In this document: in pieces, positions 16,982 to 27,644 of the stretch
How the letters are laid out: each line of letters begins with the position of its first letter
How positions within the stretch are numbered: position 1 is the first letter of the stretch
Source: Candidatus Sericytochromatia bacterium
Lineage (GTDB): Bacteria > Cyanobacteriota > Sericytochromatia > S15B-MN24 > UBA4093
Reading direction: 5' to 3'
Assembly: GCA_036676985.1 (NCBI GenBank)
Contig: JAKFBU010000014.1
Span: forward strand, 1-64,000
Length of the DNA: 64,000 nucleotides
Program-made: the position numbers and the translations under genes
The notes under the pieces: model-generated
Seen by the model: only the letters and a program-made list of their open reading frames with translations
Told to the model about the DNA's origin: nothing
Database searches by the model: none

Positions 16982-18333
16982 CGTCCTCCCCCCGTCGGGT
17001 GCTCCTCGGTGCGCAGCCCCCGCGGCGCGAGACGGGCCTCGAGGGCCTGTGCCTCGACGAGCTCGGGACGGGCCCCGAGCTGCTCGAAGGTTGCGATCGC
17101 CTGCGCCAGAAGGGCGCGGGCCTCGTCGCGATCGCGCCGCATGACGGCGACGTGCGCCTCTTCCAGCTGCGCCTTGGCGAGCTCGATGCGCGAGCCGCAG
17201 GCGTTCAGATACTTGTAGGCGATCTTGAGGGCCCTGGAGGCCTTGTCGGCATGTCCCTCGAGCCGCTCGAAGCGCGACAGGGTCGTGTGGGCCGCGCCCA
17301 GCTGCAGGGAGTTGCGCGTGCGGCGGGCCTCCTCGATGCCGAGGGCCAGGTGGTGGCGGGCGTCCTGGATCTCGCCCGCCACGTGCAGCGCCTGCGCGAT
17401 GCCGACGAGTCCCTCGGCCTTCAGCTCGACCGCCCCCGACACCTCCAGGAGGCGGAGGCCGCGCCGGAAGCCCTCGACGGACTCCGCGATCCGGCCGGCA
17501 CGCAGCCAGGTGTTGGCCAGGGCGCAGCGGGAGGCGCCCGACGTGAAGCGATCGCCCAGCTGGCAGCGTAGAGCCAGGGCGCGGGCATGGTGGTCCTCCG
17601 CGACGTCGAAGTCCCCCCGGTACGAGGCGAGGTTGCCGAGGTTGTTCTCGAGGGCCGCCTCCCGGTCGAGCCGCCCGAGCTCGCGGTAGATGCGGAGGCT
17701 GTCGCGGTAGCACCGCTCCGCCTCGTCCCACTCGCCGCGTTCGAAGTAGACGTTGCCCAGGTTGTTGAGGCTCGACGCCTCGCCCGCCCGATCCTTGAGC
17801 GCGATGCGCCGGCTCAGGGACTCCGTGTGTTCCCAGAGGGCATCCTCGAGCTTGCCCATGCGGTAGAAGTTGATGCCCCGCATGCTGTGCGCGAGGGCTT
17901 CCTGGGCGTTCTCGGGCTCCTTCTGGAGGGCGCGCTGGGCGTCGGTGCACCAGTCGAGGCTCGTGGCGTAGTCGCCGAGGCAGTGGTAGACCCAGGCCAG
18001 ATCCAGGAGCAGCTGGCCGCGGTCGGTCGCCTCCAGGGCCGAGCCGAGCTCGCGGATGGCCAGGCCGAAGTGCGTGCAGGCCCGCGAGAGCTCCCCGCGC
18101 GCCAGGGCTTGTTCGGCCATGAGCCGGGACACCACGCCGATGACCTGCGATCGCCGCGGGCCCTCGCGCCGCAGCGTGGCCTGCCGGAACGCCTGGCGCA
18201 GCGCGATGTTGACGTCGTCCGACGACAGCGGGCGCAGGGCGGCGCGCAGGGTCGTTTCCAGCGAGCGCACCTCGGGGTTCGCTTGGTCGAGGAAGTCAGT
18301 GATGAGTTGGCGGACGTGTGTAGGCACAGGCAA
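16978..18333 (-). CDS. Tetratricopeptide repeat protein
   Basis: Repeated SLNNLGNVY..RGEWDEA-type TPR units; start codon uncertain. Confidence 0.85.
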   Translation of the reverse strand: MPVPTHVRQLITDFLDQANPEVRSLETTLRAALRPLSSDDVNIALRQAFRQATLRREGPRRSQVIGVVSRLMAEQALARGELSRACTHFGLAIRELGSALEATDRGQLLLDLAWVYHCLGDYATSLDWCTDAQRALQKEPENAQEALAHSMRGINFYRMGKLEDALWEHTESLSRRIALKDRAGEASSLNNLGNVYFERGEWDEAERCYRDSLRIYRELGRLDREAALENNLGNLASYRGDFDVAEDHHARALALRCQLGDRFTSGASRCALANTWLRAGRIAESVEGFRRGLRLLEVSGAVELKAEGLVGIAQALHVAGEIQDARHHLALGIEEARRTRNSLQLGAAHTTLSRFERLEGHADKASRALKIAYKYLNACGSRIELAKAQLEEAHVAVMRRDRDEARALLAQAIATFEQLGARPELVEAQALEARLAPRGLRTEEHPTGGGR

Positions 18334-18447
18334 GACCGATTAGAAGGCAATACTAGGCCATTCTTACCGCTGCGCCGACCGGTAAAACGAGACGGACAGG
18401 GGTTTTCGGTTGATTGCGTAGCTTCTACGGGGCGTGGTTGCGGCGTT

Positions 18448-18894
18448 CTAGATGAAGAGATCCAGGAGCAGGCCTCGGATCTCGTTGACCGAGGCGGCCA
18501 GGTCGATGGCCTTGGCTTGACCCTTGAGGATGGCGTCCGTGAGCGCCTCGACCTTCTCGTCCAGGTCGCGCAGGATGATCAGCGTGCGATTGCGCCGATC
18601 CGTCCGCTTGTCCATGCGGCCGAGCTTGTCCTTGATCTCTTTCATGTAGCGGCGGATGGCGTCGCGATAGCTCGCCACCGAGGCCGGGGTCGGATGCTTG
18701 AGCAGCATCTCGGCCTGCTTGTCGACGAGGCTGACCAGCCCCTCCAGGTCTTGCCTGGACTGGGCACCGACGGAGGCCTCATACTGCTTGGCGAACGCCG
18801 GGTTCGGCGCGCCCAGCCGCTGCGCGGCCGCGGGGGCCGTGCCGGGCTTGACCTTGCTCGGGTCGTTGGGGTTGAGATCGGAAATGCGGACCAT
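18448..18894 (-). CDS. YaaR/DUF327 family protein
   Basis: YRDAIRRYM...LDEKVEALT...IRGLLLDL C-terminus. Confidence 0.75.
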   Translation of the reverse strand: MVRISDLNPNDPSKVKPGTAPAAAQRLGAPNPAFAKQYEASVGAQSRQDLEGLVSLVDKQAEMLLKHPTPASVASYRDAIRRYMKEIKDKLGRMDKRTDRRNRTLIILRDLDEKVEALTDAILKGQAKAIDLAASVNEIRGLLLDLFI

Positions 18895-19041
18895 GGGGGT
18901 GTTATACCCCCTTGAGCGGCGCCTCATACCGCTGGGCGTCACCCCAAGGTCGGCTTAAGGAATCGTTGCCAACGGAGCGCTTGTTCGGGTCGCGGAGAAT
19001 TTGCTACGATCGATCCCCCGCTTGAAGTCCCAGAGGTACGC

Positions 19042-20961
19042 ATGTCCCAGCTTTCGCTGATCTCGCCCTTGCTGCAGGGTCTCAACCCCGAGCAAGAGGC
19101 GGCCGTGACCACGATTAACGGGCCGGTGCTCGTCATCGCGGCGCCCGGATCCGGCAAGACGACGGTCCTGACGCGCCGCCTGGCCTACCTGCTCGAGAAC
19201 GGTGTCCGCCCCGAGCAGATCCTGGCCGTCACCTTCACCAAGAAGGCGGCGACCGAGATGATGCAGCGCGTCGCCAAGCAGATCGGCTCCAAGGACATCG
19301 CGCAGCGCCTCACGGTGGCGACCTTCAACTCGCTCGGCCTCAAGCTCCTGGAGGGCAACTACCGCCGGCTCGGCTTCACGGTCGACAAGCCGCACCTCTT
19401 GCTCGAGACCACCCAGCGCTCCTTGTTCGACGTCCTCTTGCGCGAGCACGACGCCATGGACATCAAGTACGAGGACCTGGGGGCCTACATCTCGCTGGCC
19501 AAGGCGACCCTGGCCGATCCGCGCCAGGTGCGGCGCATCTCCGCCGACGAGAACGACATGCGCATGGCGGATCTCTACAAGGCCTACCAGGCACGCCTGT
19601 TGCAGCAGAACCTCATCGACTTCGACGACCAGATCCGCCTGTCGGTGGACCTGCTGCTCAACGACGCCGCGGTGCGCGCCAAGGTCCAGGCGCAGTACAC
19701 CCATGTGCTCGTGGACGAGTACCAGGACACCAACAAGGCCCAGTACACACTCTTGCGCCTCCTGGCCGCCCCGCAGAACAACCTGTTCGCCGTGGGCGAC
19801 GACGCGCAGGGCATCTACGGCTTCCGGGCCGCGGACATCGACAACATCCTGAGCTTCAGCCGGGACTACGCCGACGCCCGGCAGATCTTCCTCGAGACCA
19901 ACTACCGCTCGACGCCGGGCATCGTGAAGCTCGCCAACAACCTCATCGGCTTCAACGCCAAGCAGATCGCCAAGACGATCAAGGCGGCGCGGAGCAAGGA
20001 TGGCCAGCGGATCCGCAACCTCAAGGTCCTCGACCAGTTCGCCGAGGCCAACGAGGTGGTGGAGTCCATCAAGGTGCTGCTCGAGGAGGGCACGAGCCCG
20101 GACGAGATCGCGATCCTGTACCGCACGCACGCCCAGTCCATGACCATCATCACGGCCCTGAACGAGGCGGAGATCCCGTTCGTCGTGAAGAAGTCCAAGA
20201 GCTTTTACGACCAGGCCGAAATTCAGGACGTGCTCAACTACCTGCGTCTGGCGACGCCCAAGCCGCACCCGCTGACGGAGGTGGCCTTCGAGTCGCTGAT
20301 CCGCCGGCTGGGCGTCTCGAAGGACGCCCTCTCCATCCTCAAGGTGGAGGCCGAGCGGCAGGGCGGCTCGCTGTGGGCCGCGGCGATGCTGGTGGATCGC
20401 CTGCCCCTGCAGAGCCTGCAGCAGCGGAACATGCTCGTGCACTGCGTGCGGATGGTGCAGTCGTGGCGGCATTTTCGGGGGCCGGTGGCGGAGCTGGTGC
20501 TCAAGATCCTGGCGGACACCAAGTACCGCGAGAGCCTGACGGGCAAGCGCGGCGAGCAGGCCCGCCAGAAGCTGGACTGTCTGTCGACGTTCCACGAGCA
20601 GATCGTGCGGTGGAACCCCAAGGGGCTCTACGACCTGTTCAACATCATCGACCAGCAGATGCGCCCCAAGAAGGCCAAGAAGTCCGAGGCCGTGCAGCTG
20701 CTGACGATCCACTCGAGCAAGGGGTTGGAGTGGGACGCGGTCTTCGTCATCGGGCTGGAAGAGGCGACCCTGCCGTACCAGGTGGCCATCGACGAGGGCA
20801 ACCTCGCCGAGGAGCGCCGGCTCTGCTACGTGGCCATCACGCGGGCGCGCCGCTTTCTGCAGCTGAGCCACTGCCACGAGCGGACGAACTTCGGACAGAA
20901 GAAGAGCGTGGTGCCGTCGCGGTTCATCGACGAGATGATGAGCGGGAAACCGGCGACCTAG
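19042..20961 (+). CDS. UvrD/PcrA family SF1 DNA helicase
   Basis: APGSGKTT, VDEYQDTN, VGDDAQGIYGFR, NYRST, TIHSSKGLEW, EERRLCYVAITRA. Confidence 0.95.
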   Translation: MSQLSLISPLLQGLNPEQEAAVTTINGPVLVIAAPGSGKTTVLTRRLAYLLENGVRPEQILAVTFTKKAATEMMQRVAKQIGSKDIAQRLTVATFNSLGLKLLEGNYRRLGFTVDKPHLLLETTQRSLFDVLLREHDAMDIKYEDLGAYISLAKATLADPRQVRRISADENDMRMADLYKAYQARLLQQNLIDFDDQIRLSVDLLLNDAAVRAKVQAQYTHVLVDEYQDTNKAQYTLLRLLAAPQNNLFAVGDDAQGIYGFRAADIDNILSFSRDYADARQIFLETNYRSTPGIVKLANNLIGFNAKQIAKTIKAARSKDGQRIRNLKVLDQFAEANEVVESIKVLLEEGTSPDEIAILYRTHAQSMTIITALNEAEIPFVVKKSKSFYDQAEIQDVLNYLRLATPKPHPLTEVAFESLIRRLGVSKDALSILKVEAERQGGSLWAAAMLVDRLPLQSLQQRNMLVHCVRMVQSWRHFRGPVAELVLKILADTKYRESLTGKRGEQARQKLDCLSTFHEQIVRWNPKGLYDLFNIIDQQMRPKKAKKSEAVQLLTIHSSKGLEWDAVFVIGLEEATLPYQVAIDEGNLAEERRLCYVAITRARRFLQLSHCHERTNFGQKKSVVPSRFIDEMMSGKPAT

Positions 20962-21031
20962 CGATCGCCCGGGCCCACTGAACGTCCGCCGTTCGCTTGA
21001 CGCCCGGAGGGGCTTTCCTTACGCTGAGGGC

Positions 21032-22045
21032 ATGGAAATCGCCCTCACCATCTTCTGGATGCTCGTCACCATGGCCGGCATCATCGTCGCCTGCGAGGCC
21101 TTCACCAACTCCATCGAGTGGCTCGGCAAGAAGCTCAACCTCTCGGAGGGCGCGGTGGGGAGCGTGCTCGCCGCCGTGGGCACCGCCCTGCCCGAGACCA
21201 TCATTCCCATCATCGCCATCGTCAGCGCCTGGTACGCCGGTCAGACCAGCGGAGCCGAGATCGGCATCGGCGCCATCGTCGGCGCCCCCTTCATGCTCAG
21301 CACCCTTGCCCTCTTCGTGACCGGCACGGCGATCGTCGTCTTCGTCCGCCAGGGCCGCCGCGACGAGCACGTCCGGATCGATGCCGCCGTCATGAAGCGC
21401 GACCTCCGCTTCTTCCTCATCACCTACGCCTCGGTCGTCGTCGCCTCCTTCATCCCGAGCCACCTCGCCAAGGTCGCCCTCGGATTCGGACTCCTCGCCC
21501 TCTACGGCTACTACGTCTACCTGACCCTCCAGCACCCCGGCGAGCTCGGCGAGGAGATGGGGCCCCTCTACTTCGCCCGGGGCCACGAGGAGCCGCCCAC
21601 GGCCATCGTCGTGGCCCAGGTCGTCGCGGCCCTCATCGGCATCATGGTGGGCGCCCACTTCTTCGTGCACCACGTGGCGCACCTCTCGCACGTCCTCCAC
21701 ATCGACCCGCTCATCCTCTCGCTGGTGGTGACGCCCATCGCGACCGAGCTGCCCGAGAAGTTCAACAGCGTCCTCTGGGTGCGGGTCAAGAAGGATACGC
21801 TCGCCCTCGGCAACATCACCGGGGCCATGGTTTTCCAGAGCTGCATCCCGGTCGCCGTCGGCCTCTGGCTCACGTCCTGGGAGCTCGGCCCCGACACGCT
21901 CCTCAGCGCCTGCCTGGCCCTGCTCTCGGCCGGCCTCCTCTACTGGGAGGTGCATCGCAAGGACGGCGTGACGCCCTTCACCCTGATGCTCGGGGGCGCG
22001 TTCTACGCCGCGTTTCTCATCGGGGTCTTCGTGCTCAAAATATAG
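21032..22045 (+). CDS. Sodium:calcium antiporter (CaCA family)
   Basis: Two alpha repeats, GTALPE and ATELPE. Confidence 0.9.
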   Translation: MEIALTIFWMLVTMAGIIVACEAFTNSIEWLGKKLNLSEGAVGSVLAAVGTALPETIIPIIAIVSAWYAGQTSGAEIGIGAIVGAPFMLSTLALFVTGTAIVVFVRQGRRDEHVRIDAAVMKRDLRFFLITYASVVVASFIPSHLAKVALGFGLLALYGYYVYLTLQHPGELGEEMGPLYFARGHEEPPTAIVVAQVVAALIGIMVGAHFFVHHVAHLSHVLHIDPLILSLVVTPIATELPEKFNSVLWVRVKKDTLALGNITGAMVFQSCIPVAVGLWLTSWELGPDTLLSACLALLSAGLLYWEVHRKDGVTPFTLMLGGAFYAAFLIGVFVLKI

Positions 22046-22156
22046 GGGCCGAACCGGCGTCAGGCCCGTCATGCGCTTGCTTCGATGGTAGAATGAAGGC
22101 GGGTCCCGGACGGGCACCCGCTTTCATTCATTTGGCCCCCAGAAAGGCTGCGCGGC

Positions 22157-23473
22157 ATGAAGAGCTCCCGGATTCCTGGCTTCTATCGACTCAGCATCGA
22201 CGAGCGCATCGACAAGCTCGCCGAGACCTTCGACCTGACCCGCGAGGAGATCGACGCCCTCCGCTCGCAGGGCGCCCTCGAGGTCGCCCAGGCCGACAAG
22301 ATGATCGAGAACGCGGTCGGCATCTACTCGTTGCCCATCGGCGTGGCGCTCAACTTCCTCATCAACGAGAAGGAATACATCGTGCCCATGGCCATCGAGG
22401 AGCCCTCGGTGGTGGCCTCCTGCTCGTTCATGGCCAAGCTCGTGCGAGAGTCGGGCGGCTTCCGGGCCGGCAGCACCCGGCGCGTCATGATCGGCCAGAT
22501 CCAGGTGGTGGGCTGCTCGGACATGCGCGCAGCCAAGAACCGGGTCCTCGACTCCAAGACGGAGATCCTGGAGGCGGCCAACGCGCTGGCCCCCAACATG
22601 GTCAAGCGCGGCGGCGGGGCCATCGACCTCGAGGCGCGCCTGCTCAACGACAACCCGCTCGCCGAGTTCAGCCCCATGCTGGTGCTGCACCTCCTGATCG
22701 ACACCCAGGACGCCATGGGCGCCAACACCATCAACACGATGGTCGAGGGCATCGCGCCCATCATCGAGCAGCTCACGGGCGGCCGGGTCTACCTGCGGAT
22801 CCTCTCCAACTACACCGACACCTGCGTGGCCTGGGCCACCTGCAAGGTGCCGCCGCATGTCCTCGAGACCGAGGAGCACACGGGCGAAGAGGTCGTCGAG
22901 GGCATCGTGAAGGCCTACGAGTTCGCGGCCTCCGACATCTACCGTGCGGTGACGAACAACAAGGGCGTCATGAACGGCGTCGACGCGGTCGTGATGGCCA
23001 CGGGCAACGACTGGCGCGCCATCGAGGCGGGCGCTCATGCCTGGGCCGCCCGCGATGGGCAGTACGGCCCCATGGCCCACTGGTCCAAGGACGCGGAGGG
23101 CAATCTGATCGGCAAGCTGGAGCTGCCCATGCCCGTGGGCATCGTCGGCGGCTCCATCCAGATGCACCCCATGGCCCAGGTGGCCCTGAAGTTCCTGCGC
23201 GTGCGCACGGCGCGCGAGCTCGCAGAGGTCTGCGTGGCCGTCGGTCTGGCGCAGAACATGGCGGCCCTGCGGGCGCTTGCGACCGTGGGCATCCAGCGCG
23301 GCCACATGGCCCTGCATGCCCGCTCGGTGGCCGTCACGGCCGGCGCCCGCGGAGAGCTCGTCGAGCTCATCGCCCAGGCCATGGTCGAGGCCCAGGACAT
23401 CAAGGTGGCCCGCGCGGCCGCGCTGCTCAAGGAGTACGCGGCGGGCGGCCTGAGCACCTCGGAGCCGTCGTGA
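22157..23473 (+). CDS. mvaA: Class II HMG-CoA reductase
   Basis: EEPSVVA, DAMGANTIN, NKGVMNG, GNDWRAIEAG, GIQRGHMALH. Confidence 0.95.
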   Translation: MKSSRIPGFYRLSIDERIDKLAETFDLTREEIDALRSQGALEVAQADKMIENAVGIYSLPIGVALNFLINEKEYIVPMAIEEPSVVASCSFMAKLVRESGGFRAGSTRRVMIGQIQVVGCSDMRAAKNRVLDSKTEILEAANALAPNMVKRGGGAIDLEARLLNDNPLAEFSPMLVLHLLIDTQDAMGANTINTMVEGIAPIIEQLTGGRVYLRILSNYTDTCVAWATCKVPPHVLETEEHTGEEVVEGIVKAYEFAASDIYRAVTNNKGVMNGVDAVVMATGNDWRAIEAGAHAWAARDGQYGPMAHWSKDAEGNLIGKLELPMPVGIVGGSIQMHPMAQVALKFLRVRTARELAEVCVAVGLAQNMAALRALATVGIQRGHMALHARSVAVTAGARGELVELIAQAMVEAQDIKVARAAALLKEYAAGGLSTSEPS

Positions 23474-24450
23474 CCTCCACCCGCGCCCAGAGCGTCGTCG
23501 AGCGCGCCCCGGCCAAGATCATCCTGGTCGGCGAGCATGCGGTCGTTTACGGGCATGCGGCGATCGCCCTCCCCTTCCCGCCCCTCTCGGCCCGCGGTAC
23601 GGCCGTGCCGGCCGAGGAGGGCGTCGCCATCCGCTCGGACCGCTACTCGGGCATGGTGGCGCGCCTGAAAGAGGGCTACGAGGTGCCGACGCCCTTGAGG
23701 CCCGCGGCCGAGGCCGTGCGCGGCTCGCTGGAGGCCATCGAGCGGGCCGGGGGCACGATCCAGCCCTTCGACCTCTTCCTCGAGAGCGACATCCCGTCGG
23801 GAGCGGGGCTCGGCAGCAGCGCGGCCGTCGCGGTGGCCGCCGTGCGCGCGACCTTCAAGTTCCACGGGCGGGAGGTGCCACCGGCGCTGTTGCGCTTGCT
23901 TGCGACCCGGGCCGAGGCGATCGCCCACGGCACGTCGTCGGGCCTCGACCCGACCACCGTGGCCGCCCACGGCCCCATCCGCTTCATCCGCGAGCATGCG
24001 CCCGTCGATCTGAACGTGGTCCAGCCCTTCGGCCTGGTGGTCGCGAACTCGGGCGTGTCGGCCTCGACGGCCCGCATGGTCGCCCGGGTCAAGGAGCGCA
24101 AGGAGTCCTCGCCCGAGGCCGAGCGGCAGCTCGCGGAGCTCGGCGAGCTCGCCGAGCGCTCCGTGCGCCTTCTCGAGCACGCGGAGTACGCGGAGCTCGG
24201 CGAGGTCCTCGACACGGCGCATGGGCTCCTGGGGGCGCTCGGGGTCTCGACCGATCGACTCGACGCCATCGTGCAGGCCGCCCGCGACGCGGGCGCCTAC
24301 GGGGCCAAGCTCTCGGGGGCGGGCGGGGGCGGCTGCGCGATCGCCCTGGTTCCCATCGAACGCCTCATGCCCGTGGCCGACGCCATGCGGACAGCCGGTG
24401 CCGTCCAGGCCTGGCCGACCCAGTACCTCATCGAAAGCGACATCTCATGA
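23470..24450 (+). CDS. mvk: Mevalonate kinase
   Basis: PAKIILVGEHAVVYG, PSGAGLGSSAA, KLSGAGGGG; GTG start overlaps the mvaA stop. Confidence 0.9.
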   Translation: MTSTRAQSVVERAPAKIILVGEHAVVYGHAAIALPFPPLSARGTAVPAEEGVAIRSDRYSGMVARLKEGYEVPTPLRPAAEAVRGSLEAIERAGGTIQPFDLFLESDIPSGAGLGSSAAVAVAAVRATFKFHGREVPPALLRLLATRAEAIAHGTSSGLDPTTVAAHGPIRFIREHAPVDLNVVQPFGLVVANSGVSASTARMVARVKERKESSPEAERQLAELGELAERSVRLLEHAEYAELGEVLDTAHGLLGALGVSTDRLDAIVQAARDAGAYGAKLSGAGGGGCAIALVPIERLMPVADAMRTAGAVQAWPTQYLIESDIS

Positions 24451-25475
24451 GCTTCATCGAAGAACGCAAGCAAGACCACATCCGCCTCTGCCTGGAGGAG
24501 GACGTCCAGTCCCAGACGACGCGGACCGGCTTTTCGCGCTATCACTTCCTGCATCAGGCGCTGCCCGAGATCGACTTCGCCGAGGTCTCGACCGAGACCG
24601 TCTTCCTGGGCCGGCGCGTGGCCGCACCCTTGCTCATCTCCTCGATGACGGGCGGCCCGGAGCTCGGGCGCACCATCAACCGCAACCTGGCGCTCGCTGC
24701 CCAGCGCACCAACGTGCCCATGGCCCTCGGCTCGCAGCGGATCATCCTCGAGCATCCCGAGAGCCTGGAGAGCTTCCGGGTGCGGGACATCGCCCCGGAT
24801 GTGCTGCTGGTCGGCAACGTGGGGGCCGTCCAGCTCAACTACGGCGTGGACGTGGCCGCCCTCAAGCGCCTCAAGGACGCCGTGGGCGCCAACGCCATGT
24901 ACCTGCACCTCAACCCGCTGCAGGAGGTCATCCAGCCCGAAGGCGACACCAACTTCAAGGGCCTCTACGACAAGATCGCCGCTGTCTGCCGGGAGCTCGG
25001 CGTGCCGGTGCTCATCAAGGAGGTCGGCAACGGCATCGCGCCCGACACGGCGCGCCGCATGGCCGAAGCCGGGGTCGCGGCCATCGACGTCTCCGGAGCG
25101 GGCGGCACCTCGTGGTCCCGCATCGAGGGGAAGCGATCGCCCGACGTCCTCGCCCGCACCATGGGCGAGACCTTCGGGGACTGGGGCCTGCCGACCGCCG
25201 AGGCCCTGAGGCTCTGCCGCGCCGAGCTGCCCGCGATGCCCCTGGTGGCCTCGGGCGGCATCCGCTCGGGCGTGGACATGGCCAAGGCGCTCGTGCTCGG
25301 GGCCGACATGACGGCCCTCGCCATCCCCTTCCTGGAGGCCGCCACAGAGAGCGCAGAGGCGGTGCAGCTCGTGCTCGAGCGCCTCATCACCGAGCTCAAG
25401 ATCGCCATGTTCTGCCTCGGGTGCCGGACCATCGAGGAGCTCAAGGCCACCGATCGCCTCATGGAGGTGCGCTGA
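24447..25475 (+). CDS. fni: Type 2 isopentenyl-diphosphate delta-isomerase
   Basis: RKQDHI, MTGG, HLNPLQE, KEVGNG, GAGGTSW. Confidence 0.95.
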   Translation: MSFIEERKQDHIRLCLEEDVQSQTTRTGFSRYHFLHQALPEIDFAEVSTETVFLGRRVAAPLLISSMTGGPELGRTINRNLALAAQRTNVPMALGSQRIILEHPESLESFRVRDIAPDVLLVGNVGAVQLNYGVDVAALKRLKDAVGANAMYLHLNPLQEVIQPEGDTNFKGLYDKIAAVCRELGVPVLIKEVGNGIAPDTARRMAEAGVAAIDVSGAGGTSWSRIEGKRSPDVLARTMGETFGDWGLPTAEALRLCRAELPAMPLVASGGIRSGVDMAKALVLGADMTALAIPFLEAATESAEAVQLVLERLITELKIAMFCLGCRTIEELKATDRLMEVR

Positions 25476-26452
25476 TGCCCGGCACCGCGACGGCCCGCGC
25501 CCATTCCAACATCGCGCTGGTCAAGTACTGGGGCAAGCGTGACGCGGCCCTGAACCTGCCGACCAACGGCAGCCTCTCCATGACCCTGGACGGGATGCAC
25601 ACGACGACCACCGTGACCTGGGACCCGGCCCTCGGGGCGGACGAGGCGGTGGTGAACGGCAAGACCATCACGGGCGCCCCGCTCGCGAAGCTCGCGACCT
25701 TCCTGGACCTGGTCCGGGGCCTGGGAGCGTCGGGATTCGCGCGCCTGGAGTCCGTGAACAACTTCCCGACCGCCGCGGGCCTCGCGTCGTCGGCCTCGGG
25801 CTTCGCGGCCCTCGCCCTCGCCTCGACGGCGGCCGCCGGGCTGGACCTCGATCCGCGGGCGCTCTCCCTCCTCTCCCGGCAGGGCTCGGGGTCGGCCTCT
25901 CGTTCGATCTTCGGGGGCTTCGTAGAGTGGTTCAAGGGCGATCGCGCCGACGGCCAGGACTCGTATGCCGAGCCCATCCTGGCGCAAGACGAGTGGGACG
26001 TGCGCATGCTCGTGGCCATCCTCGAGCCCGCCCCCAAGCCCGTGTCGAGCCGCAGCGGCATGACGCTCACGACCCAGACCTCGCCCATGTACCCGGCGTG
26101 GCTCGAGACGGTGGGCGCGGACCTCGCCGCCATGCGCGCGGCCGTCCTCGCGCGGGACTTCGAGCGGGTGGGCGAGGTGGCGGAGGCCAACTGCCTCAAG
26201 ATGCACGCCACCATGATCACCACGCGGCCCACCATCCTCTACTGGCAGGCCCCGACGGTCTCCCTCATGCACCGGGTCATGGCGCTGCGGGCCGAGGGCC
26301 TTTCTTGCTACTTCACCATCGATGCCGGTCCGAACGTCAAGGTGCTCTGCCGGCCCGCCGACGAGGCCCGGCTCAAGGCCGAGCTCCAGGCGGTGCCCGG
26401 GGTCCAGGAGATCCTCACGTGCCGTCCCGGCCCAGGAGCCACGCTGATATGA
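25475..26452 (+). CDS. mvaD: Diphosphomevalonate decarboxylase
   Basis: NIALVKYWGKRD, GLASSASG, GSGSASRS, TIDAGPN. Confidence 0.95.
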   Translation: MPGTATARAHSNIALVKYWGKRDAALNLPTNGSLSMTLDGMHTTTTVTWDPALGADEAVVNGKTITGAPLAKLATFLDLVRGLGASGFARLESVNNFPTAAGLASSASGFAALALASTAAAGLDLDPRALSLLSRQGSGSASRSIFGGFVEWFKGDRADGQDSYAEPILAQDEWDVRMLVAILEPAPKPVSSRSGMTLTTQTSPMYPAWLETVGADLAAMRAAVLARDFERVGEVAEANCLKMHATMITTRPTILYWQAPTVSLMHRVMALRAEGLSCYFTIDAGPNVKVLCRPADEARLKAELQAVPGVQEILTCRPGPGATLI

Positions 26453-27549
26453 TCGTTCCCATCCTCGCCTCCGCGCCCGGCAAGCTCGTGCTCGCCGGGG
26501 AGTACGCCGTCCTGGAGCCCGGCGAGCCCGCCGTGGTCATGGCGGTGGACAACCGCCTCCACGCCCGGGTGCTGCCCGCCTCCGACTTCACCTTCAGCTC
26601 CGAGTCGCTCGGCATGAGCCACCGGCCCGTCTCGTACGAGCACGGCACGTGGTCGGTGGAGTCGGGTCCCGCCCCGCGGCTGCACTTCGCCAGGGCGGCC
26701 GTCAACACGACGCTCTCGTACCTGCGCGAGCAGGCCACGAGCATCGAGCCCTTCGCCTTGTCGCTAGAGGGCTCGCTCGAGAGCCCGGAGGGCCTCAAGT
26801 ACGGCTTCGGCAGCAGCGCTGCCGTCACGGTGGCCATCGTGGGCGCGCTGCTCGCGGCCTTCGGCCTGAGCCCGGATGCCGACCTGGTCTTCAAGCTCGC
26901 GACCATTGCCCACCACGGGGCTCAGGGCAGCGGCAGCGGCCTCGACGTCGCGGCCTCGACCTTCGGCTCGGCCATCCGCTACGTGGGCTTCAACCCGACC
27001 TGGCTCAAAGAGCAGCTTTCTCGGCCGCACGACCTGGCGGAGCTGGTGGACGCGGACTGGCCGTGGCTCGGCATCGAGCCCCTGAAGTGGCCGGAGGAGT
27101 TGCACCTGGGCGTGGGCTGGACGGGCAAGCCCGCCTCCACGGCCTACCTCATCAAGGCGGTCCAGGAGACGAGCTCCCAGCGGACGTCCGACTACGCGCG
27201 GTTTCTCATCGAGAGCCGGCAGGCCACCGGGGCCCTGGTGGCAGCCCTGCGCGACGGCGAATCCGCGGCCGCGGTCGAGGCCCTCCGGCGCTCGCGCCAG
27301 GCCGTGCTGCTGCTCCAGGCGGCCTCGGGCGTCGACATCGAGACGGACCTCCTGAAGGCGCTCGCGGACGGTGCGGAGGCGTGCGGCGGGGCGGGCAAGT
27401 CGTCCGGTGCGGGCGGGGGGGACTGCGGCGTGGCGCTCTTCGCGGACGCCGACGGGCTCGCGTGTGCCCACGCGAAGTGGCGCTCGGCAGGCGTGGAACC
27501 CCTCGAGGTGGGGCTTGCGCCCATGGGGTTGCAACTGATCCGCCTCTAG
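26449..27549 (+). CDS. Phosphomevalonate kinase
   Basis: APGKLVLAGEYAVL, KYGFGSSAA, KSSGAGGGDCG. Confidence 0.9.
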   Translation: MIVPILASAPGKLVLAGEYAVLEPGEPAVVMAVDNRLHARVLPASDFTFSSESLGMSHRPVSYEHGTWSVESGPAPRLHFARAAVNTTLSYLREQATSIEPFALSLEGSLESPEGLKYGFGSSAAVTVAIVGALLAAFGLSPDADLVFKLATIAHHGAQGSGSGLDVAASTFGSAIRYVGFNPTWLKEQLSRPHDLAELVDADWPWLGIEPLKWPEELHLGVGWTGKPASTAYLIKAVQETSSQRTSDYARFLIESRQATGALVAALRDGESAAAVEALRRSRQAVLLLQAASGVDIETDLLKALADGAEACGGAGKSSGAGGGDCGVALFADADGLACAHAKWRSAGVEPLEVGLAPMGLQLIRL

Positions 27550-27644
27550 CGCAGGCGAAGCGCGGGCCGGGACTATCGCGCACCGGTTGAGTAATGACAA
27601 CCGCGCCCGCTCATTTTACGATACGGCCATCGGAGGGACTGCCG

